Source: a virus. Taken from it: a stretch of DNA of 6,093 nucleotides. The notes under the pieces are model-generated. The model saw only the letters and a list, made by a program, of their open reading frames with translations. It did not search any database and was not told where the DNA came from. The stretch covers positions 1 through 6,093 of IMG/VR virus record IMGVR_UViG_3300045988_041325. The stretch is one strand, 5' to 3'. Below are positions 1 to 3,845 of this stretch, in pieces (the stretch's first letter is position 1; each line of letters opens with the position of its first letter). Both the position numbers and the translations under genes were made by a program.

Positions 1-55
1 AAATCCGAATGCATTTAAGTCTCGTAAAACCGACCAATTTCTTTCGGTACTCCCT
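1..55. repeat. Terminal direct repeat, copy 1 (assembly overlap of a circular genome)
   Basis: The 55-nt string aaatccgaatgcatttaagtctcgtaaaaccgaccaatttctttcggtactccct at 1-55 is identical to 6039-6093, checked base by base. Unit length is therefore 6,038 nt. Confidence 0.95.
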
Positions 56-1246
56 TTGTGTGCTTACCAGAAAATTTATTTTGATTTTTATTCTAATTCT
101 CAATGGGAGCGTCACCTTGCTTACTCTTATAACACTGATTATATGCTGCAAGTTCAGGTATTCGACACTAATTTGGACAAGGAAATGATTAAACTCCGTT
201 ACGCGAATTATAACAAGGATTACTTTATGGGCGTTCTTCCTAACTCGCAATACGGTGATGTAGCGTTAGTTCAAGGTTCATTTACTACAGATAAAGACCT
301 TACTCTATTAGCATCTACTACTAATGCAGGCATTCAGGGTGTTTACCCTAATGGCTCGAACCCTCGGGATTTTAATTTAAAGCTTAATTCTCAAGTTGCT
401 TCGGGTTTTACTGCTGATAAACCACTATTTATCTCTAAGGGTGAAATAGCTAAAATCCAATCTTCGGTTTCTTATCTTGCTGTTCGTGCATCTGAATATC
501 TTCAGCGATGGAAAGAGGTAGTTCAATTCTCGTCTAAAGATTATAATGACCAAATGAAAGCCCAGTTTGGTGTTCGTGGTGACGATTCAATGGGTAACCA
601 TGCTCATTATATTGGCGGTTTTGATGGTAACATAGATATCTCCGAAGTTGTGAATACAAACCTTGACACTGAGGGTTCTCAGGCAAATATTGCAGGTAAA
701 GGCGTCGGCTCAGGACGTTCTAGAAAAATCCGCTATACTGTAGGTGCTGAACACTGTATTATTATGTGCATTTATCATGCTGTTCCATTGGTAGATTATA
801 ATATTGATGGTGCTGACCCTCAATTACAGCGTATTGCTATTTCTGATTTCCCGCAGCCTGCATTCGATTCGCTTGGTTTGGAGAGTGTTCCTCTAACCGC
901 GCTTACGGCATCCGCTATCGCCCTTGGTGAAAATGATTTATCTGATTATTTTGTAGGTTATTCATTGCGTTACCCTGATTTTAAGACACGAATTGACCGC
1001 ATTTCGGGTGCATTTCAAACAACTCTTAAAAACTGGGTTGCCCCGATTAATTGGCTGAATATTCTGACTGCTCAACGTGGTCAAGGTGCCTTTAACTATT
1101 TATCATTCAAGGTTCGTCCCTCACAGTTAGACCCTATTTTTGACGTTCAAGCAGATGAAAAGGTAGACACAGATCAGTTATTATGTAATGCTCAGTTTAA
1201 CATTAAGGTAGCCCGTAATCTCTCGCGAGATGGTTTACCATATTAA
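1..1246 (+). CDS. VP1: Major capsid protein VP1 (Microviridae F/VP1 family), C-terminal ~415 codons. Same ORF as 5521-6038 once the contig is circularised.
   Basis: The frame is open from base 2 (base 1 is the third position of a codon) to TAA at 1244-1246. The M at 56 in the track is a TTG artefact. The frame of the 5521 ORF passes through the repeat into this ORF (...WFTTNPNAFKSRKTDQFLSVLP-LCAYQKIYFDFYSN...). LCAYQKIYxDFY resembles the conserved (P)FRAYxxIWNxxYRD block of microvirus capsid proteins. Combined length is 1,764 nt, i.e. 587 aa plus stop. Confidence 0.9.
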   Translation, partial: NPNAFKSRKTDQFLSVLPLCAYQKIYFDFYSNSQWERHLAYSYNTDYMLQVQVFDTNLDKEMIKLRYANYNKDYFMGVLPNSQYGDVALVQGSFTTDKDLTLLASTTNAGIQGVYPNGSNPRDFNLKLNSQVASGFTADKPLFISKGEIAKIQSSVSYLAVRASEYLQRWKEVVQFSSKDYNDQMKAQFGVRGDDSMGNHAHYIGGFDGNIDISEVVNTNLDTEGSQANIAGKGVGSGRSRKIRYTVGAEHCIIMCIYHAVPLVDYNIDGADPQLQRIAISDFPQPAFDSLGLESVPLTALTASAIALGENDLSDYFVGYSLRYPDFKTRIDRISGAFQTTLKNWVAPINWLNILTAQRGQGAFNYLSFKVRPSQLDPIFDVQADEKVDTDQLLCNAQFNIKVARNLSRDGLPY

Positions 1247-1258
1247 TATAAAAAAAAT

Positions 1259-1735
1259 ATGAATAAACGTTCATTTGGAATCACCCCCGAACAGTTCGAG
1301 GAATTTAATAATATGACATCAGAAGTACCTGATATGACTGCGGTTACTAGTGAACCGCAACCTATGCGTCAGCCGTCCCCATATGACCAGATTGCGTTTG
1401 AAGAAACTCCGTCAGGTGCATTTCGTAAGTTTGATATGACTTATTTCCTTCTCCATCAGGAAAAAACTCGTAGAAAATTAGGAGACTCCCTATATCAGGA
1501 ACTTCTAGCAAGTATGCACCCGACCCAATCAACACTTCAGGACAATCTGACTGATGACCAGCGATTTGATATGGTAATTTCTCGTCACTGTCAAACCATG
1601 TCAGAACGTCAGGCAGTTATGGATTGGTTGCGCGAAGAACATGCAGACCTTATGCAACAGTACGAACAGGCTGTGCAGGAATCTGAACAACAACAATCAG
1701 AAGCTTCTGCGCCCGCTTCTTCTTCTGCTGAATAA
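1259..1735 (+). CDS. Hypothetical acidic, Gln/Glu-rich 158-aa protein. Position and size are compatible with an internal scaffolding (VP3-like) protein, but no motif was recognised.
   Basis: ATG lies 12 nt after the VP1 stop. The TAA stop shares one base with the VP2 ATG (TAATG at 1733-1737), suggesting translational coupling. Third codon positions are T-rich, as in the neighbouring genes. I recognised no family signature by eye. The C-terminus is QQYEQAVQESEQQQSEASAPASSSAE. Confidence 0.7.
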   Translation: MNKRSFGITPEQFEEFNNMTSEVPDMTAVTSEPQPMRQPSPYDQIAFEETPSGAFRKFDMTYFLLHQEKTRRKLGDSLYQELLASMHPTQSTLQDNLTDDQRFDMVISRHCQTMSERQAVMDWLREEHADLMQQYEQAVQESEQQQSEASAPASSSAE

Positions 1736-2856
1736 TGGGACTAAGTGCTTTTCTTGCAAAGCCTGCTGCGGGCTCTCTAATTAATGGTGCTGCTTCTATT
1801 GGCTCGTCATTTCTTGGTGGATTATTTGGCGCAAATGAAGCCAAGAAAAACCGCGATTTCCAGCTGGAAATGTGGAATAGACAGAATGAATATAATAAGC
1901 CCATTAATTGGCGTGCCCGAATGGAAGAGGCAGGATTTAACCCGTACAACGCTCTTGATGGCGGTTCAGGTATTGGACAATCTTCCAGTCTTCCGCAAGG
2001 TTCGCAGGGTCCGACTGTCGAACCTGCTGTAAACCTTGCGCAAGGTGCTTCGGACATTACTCAAGCATTTGCCAACCTCGCAAACGCCCGTAAGGCAATT
2101 GCAGGTGCGAAAGGCCAGGAAGTAACGAACGAGTGGTTACCTTATACGCTTGGTGGTAACGTTGATTACAAGAATCTTGCTATTGGTCAATCAGGCTATT
2201 GGAACAAGTCACGAGGCTATCAAATGGCAGAACTCGACCAAAGCAAGGAAAAACAGGAGTTTCTTAACCTGCAATACGCGCAAAAACTTATGCAGGCTCA
2301 GGAAACACTTACCAATTTGCAAGCTGACGCGCAAGGTGTCATGAACAAGTATATAGATGCTGACAACCAGGCAAATCTAGCGATTAAGGCTCAAAACCTC
2401 GTGAATCTGGTGAAGCTGGGCGCATTAACCGAAGCTCAAGCTTCGCGCGAGATTGCCCAAACTCTTGAAACTTATGCACGCGCAAAAGGTCTGAACATAA
2501 GTAATGAAATTGCAGAAAAAACCGCTCCTGCTATTATCTCCTCGACAATTGCAACAAATGCCTTATCGGCAAAGGAAGCCCGCACCGATATGCTGAATTT
2601 CAAACAATTGTACAAGAATAAGTACGAGCGCGACTATTACAATACTCGCATTAGCGAAAAGGAAATGAAAAATTTTGACCGCAATGCCCGAATGCAGAGA
2701 TTCAATCAATTTTCTACGGGTGTCGGTAACGCCATAGGCGGTTACGGTATTCTTCGTTCAGGTTCTCGAAGCTATTCAACCTATGACGGTCAAGGCACAT
2801 TTAACGCCCCGTCCCGCTATGGTCGACGATACTATGACTCTACAGTGAGCTATTAG
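1735..2856 (+). CDS. VP2: Minor capsid / DNA pilot protein VP2 (functional analogue of phiX174 H)
   Basis: The 373-aa protein has a Gly/Ala/Ser-rich hydrophobic N-terminus (GLSAFLAKPAAGSLINGAASIGSSFLGGLFGA). This is followed by EMWNRQNEYNKPINWRARMEEAGFNPYNAL, which matches the ...QR.M.(D/E)AG(L/F)NP... block typical of gokusho/alpavirus VP2. A long Q/A/K/E-rich, helical-looking central region follows. The gene sits downstream of VP1, as in other microviruses. Confidence 0.85.
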   Translation: MGLSAFLAKPAAGSLINGAASIGSSFLGGLFGANEAKKNRDFQLEMWNRQNEYNKPINWRARMEEAGFNPYNALDGGSGIGQSSSLPQGSQGPTVEPAVNLAQGASDITQAFANLANARKAIAGAKGQEVTNEWLPYTLGGNVDYKNLAIGQSGYWNKSRGYQMAELDQSKEKQEFLNLQYAQKLMQAQETLTNLQADAQGVMNKYIDADNQANLAIKAQNLVNLVKLGALTEAQASREIAQTLETYARAKGLNISNEIAEKTAPAIISSTIATNALSAKEARTDMLNFKQLYKNKYERDYYNTRISEKEMKNFDRNARMQRFNQFSTGVGNAIGGYGILRSGSRSYSTYDGQGTFNAPSRYGRRYYDSTVSY

Positions 2857-2874
2857 GTTTATATAATCCCAACT

Positions 2875-2906
2875 AAGGTATGTCATCCGTGAGGACAGCA
2901 TGCCTT
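2875..2906 (+). terminator. Stem-loop 19 nt after the VP2 stop; weak candidate intrinsic terminator for the structural operon
   Basis: aaggtatg (2875-2882) pairs with catgcctt (2899-2906): 8 bp including one T-G wobble. An apical tcc/gga stem (2886-2888 / 2893-2895) closes a GTGA tetraloop. The downstream tract tcccttatatttt is T-rich but interrupted. Confidence 0.35.
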
Positions 2907-3104
2907 TCCCTTATATTTTAAATTCTACCTCGCCCGACACATCTCTATACTTCGTAAGTTCTGTTCTTTTCCATGATTTGTAATGTTTTTGGTTATTAAT
3001 GTTGTTTATCTTTCTTTTCATCATAAATATAACCAATCTTACAATCATGTAAATTTACCACAGAACTAACAAAGCTTTAACAAATTTTTTCCGGAAGTAT
3101 CGAA

Positions 3105-3118
3105 CGTAGAATATTCTT
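3105..3118. repeat. Copy 1 of the direct repeat CGTAGAAT(A)TTCTT; contains the 10-bp palindrome AGAATATTCT (3108-3117)
   Basis: cgtagaatattctt at 3105-3118 versus cgtagaatttctt at 3360-3372. They match at 8+5 positions with a 1-nt indel at the centre of the palindrome. The two copies bracket the structured block. Confidence 0.6.
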
Positions 3119-3138
3119 CAGCCTCTCTATTCTTCCCG

Positions 3139-3203
3139 CGACCCTCTCTCCTCCTGTCCTGTCGGCGGTAGCCGATAAAAAATGAGAGAAGGGGTCGGTT
3201 TTT
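3139..3203 (+). terminator. Nested stem-loop (polypyrimidine arm paired with polypurine arm, plus an inner hairpin) followed by T5; terminator-like or end of an ncRNA
   Basis: cgaccctctctc (3139-3150) pairs with gagagaaggggtcg (3184-3197): 12 bp with a 2-nt bulge at 3190-3191. The inner hairpin is tcggc (3162-3166) / gccga (3171-3175) with loop ggta. The T-run ttttt is at 3199-3203. The region 3121-3163 is about 36/43 pyrimidine. Confidence 0.35.
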
Positions 3204-3204
3204 G

Positions 3205-3230
3205 GTTCTTTTTGGCGAGTCAAAAAGAAC
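3205..3230. repeat. Perfect 10-bp inverted repeat with a 6-nt loop (hairpin)
   Basis: gttctttttg (3205-3214) is the exact reverse complement of caaaaagaac (3221-3230). The loop is gcgagt. Confidence 0.85.
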
Positions 3231-3275
3231 AGCCCTCAGCAAAACTATTCATGTGTTAATCAAGCGAAGCCCATA

Positions 3276-3342
3276 GTTGTCTCCGTAAGGATTTGCCATC
3301 CCTGCATGGCAAACGGTTTTCTCTTGTCTATGTACGGACAAC
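3276..3342. repeat. Nested hairpin: outer 10-bp stem with a 2-nt bulge enclosing a perfect 8-bp stem-loop followed by TTTT
   Basis: Outer stem: gttg..tccgta (3276-3279, 3282-3287) pairs with tacggacaac (3333-3342). Inner stem: tttgccat (3292-3299) pairs with atggcaaa (3306-3313), loop ccctgc, then cgg and tttt at 3317-3320. ccg at 3283-3285 could alternatively pair with cgg at 3314-3316. Confidence 0.75.
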
Positions 3343-3359
3343 TCACACAATAAAATCTC

Positions 3360-3372
3360 CGTAGAATTTCTT
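3360..3372. repeat. Copy 2 of the direct repeat CGTAGAAT(A)TTCTT (arms AGAA/TTCT around a single T)
   Basis: See copy 1. This copy lies about 55 nt upstream of the small TM ORF start. It is followed by the 12-bp AT palindrome aaaatatatttt at 3384-3395. Confidence 0.6.
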
Positions 3373-3427
3373 GCATATATCAAAAAATATATTTTCCTTT
3401 GCCTATGTAATTTAAAACATATGCCTT

Positions 3428-3523
3428 ATGAGTACAGAAAACAACAAAAAAACCAATTGGATTACTGCGGTAATTTCCGCTATTGTAGCAGCATTAACGT
3501 CATTATTGTCTAATCTTGCCTAG
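3428..3523 (+). CDS. Candidate 31-aa single-pass membrane protein (holin-like partner of the downstream peptidase); not in the supplied ORF track
   Basis: ATG 3428 to TAG 3521-3523 encodes MSTENNKKTNWITAVISAIVAALTSLLSNLA. It has a polar/charged N-terminus followed by a ~20-residue Ala/Ile/Leu-rich hydrophobic helix (W11-L30). Its stop is 2 nt before the peptidase ATG at 3526. The hydrophobicity comes partly from GCN Ala codons, so it is not simply a T-rich frame artefact. Confidence 0.5.
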   Translation: MSTENNKKTNWITAVISAIVAALTSLLSNLA

Positions 3524-3525
3524 TC

Positions 3526-3834
3526 ATGAATGAGAATCTTATGAAATTTTTGGCATTCTTGCTTCAATCGGATTGTCATTTTACCGTTACGTCTGCCTTT
3601 CGGACACCCGAACATAATAAGGCAGTCGGAGGCGTATCTAATTCTCAGCATTTGAAAGGAGAAGCTATCGACTTCAAACCGTACCCTCCTACCTCTGCTA
3701 AGTATAATAATTTGCTTGAAAAGGTGTATGAATTCCGCGAGTTCAAACCTTTCGACCAATTTATAATTTATGACAACTTTTTTCATATTTCGTTTTCCGA
3801 CCGAAATCGGAATCAAGTAATTGATAAACGTTAA
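3526..3834 (+). CDS. Minimal zinc peptidoglycan peptidase, M15 family (Peptidase_M15_3 / DD-LD-peptidase fold); putative endolysin
   Basis: The 102-aa ORF reads ...CHFTVTSAFRTPEHNKAVGGVSNSQHLKGEAIDF...DQFIIYDNFFHISF. This matches the S-x-x-R-x4-N-x3-GG-x3-S-x-H-x2-G-x-A-x-D ... H signature. The candidate Zn ligands are H42 (3649-3651), D49 (3670-3672) and H87 (3784-3786). Confidence 0.8.
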   Translation: MNENLMKFLAFLLQSDCHFTVTSAFRTPEHNKAVGGVSNSQHLKGEAIDFKPYPPTSAKYNNLLEKVYEFREFKPFDQFIIYDNFFHISFSDRNRNQVIDKR

Positions 3835-3845
3835 CTATTTTTGTT

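Larger units (their letters stand above)
2857..3427. other. Long gene-free intergenic region. The left part (about 2940-3120) is AT-rich. The right part (3121-3345) is GC-richer and densely self-complementary.
   Basis: My manual three-frame translation of the + strand found only short ATG-initiated ORFs here, the longest I saw being 28 aa (27, 25 and 17 aa among the others). All other gene junctions in this genome are 12 nt or less. The individual hairpins are listed separately. Confidence 0.75.

Noticed and set aside
56-58. TTG start assigned by the ORF track to the 396-aa ORF
   Set aside because: The frame is open upstream to base 2 and is continuous with the 5521 ORF through the terminal repeat. 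The TTG is an internal Leu codon of VP1.
1650-2057. 135-aa minus-strand ORF antisense to ORF158/VP2
   Set aside because: Microvirus genes are all on the packaged (+) strand. The ORF fully overlaps two well-supported genes. It has a Pro/Arg/Ala-rich, low-complexity composition typical of antisense frames, and I recognised no motif.
1784-2344. +1-frame ORFs inside VP2 (1784-2032, 82 aa; 2150-2344, 64 aa)
   Set aside because: They are short and Leu/Arg/Lys-rich. They are explained by T-rich third codon positions depleting stops in the +1 frame. There are no domain-like features.
2911-3048. 45-aa basic minus-strand ORF in the intergenic region (MIVRLVIFMMKRKINNINNQKHYKSWKRTELTKYRDVSGEVEFKI)
   Set aside because: It superficially resembles small basic DNA-binding proteins (phiX174 J, chlamydiaphage VP8), but it is on the wrong strand for a microvirus. 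It lies in an AT-rich stretch where Lys/Asn/Ile codons arise by composition. It is worth a glance only if antisense transcription is ever detected.
3045-3055. tcatgtaaatt resembles the XerD arm of dif sites (TTATGTTAAAT / TTATGTAAACT), and the TAGAA in the 3105/3360 repeats resembles a Firmicute XerC arm end
   Set aside because: Only one half-site matches in each case (8-9 of 11 positions). No properly spaced partner arm (11-6-11) is present, and I do not know the Bacteroidota dif consensus. This is not enough to call an attachment site. A prophage-junction search would settle it.
2985-3207. Exact 10-nt repeat GTTTTTGGTT at 2985-2994 and 3198-3207
   Set aside because: Repeated 10-mers are expected by chance many times in a 6-kb sequence. 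The motif is T-rich and low-complexity, and the second copy is already explained as the T-run after a stem.
3421-3513. Alternative 30-aa ORF (MPYEYRKQQKNQLDYCGNFRYCSSINVIIV) overlapping the TM ORF in another frame
   Set aside because: It has no recognisable feature and stops 12 nt short of the peptidase start. The 3428 frame gives a coherent TM helix and ends 2 nt before the peptidase ATG, so it is the better candidate. Only one of the two is likely to be real.
3520-3816. 98-aa minus-strand ORF antisense to the peptidase gene
   Set aside because: It is the mirror image of a gene with a clear catalytic signature, lies on the non-coding strand for this family, and has no motif.
3836-3843. TATTTTTG, an exact match to the Bacteroides -7 promoter consensus TAnnTTTG
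   Set aside because: It ends 3 nt before the VP4 ATG, so a transcript initiated from it would start inside the coding region. It is probably just the A/T-rich translation-initiation leader.
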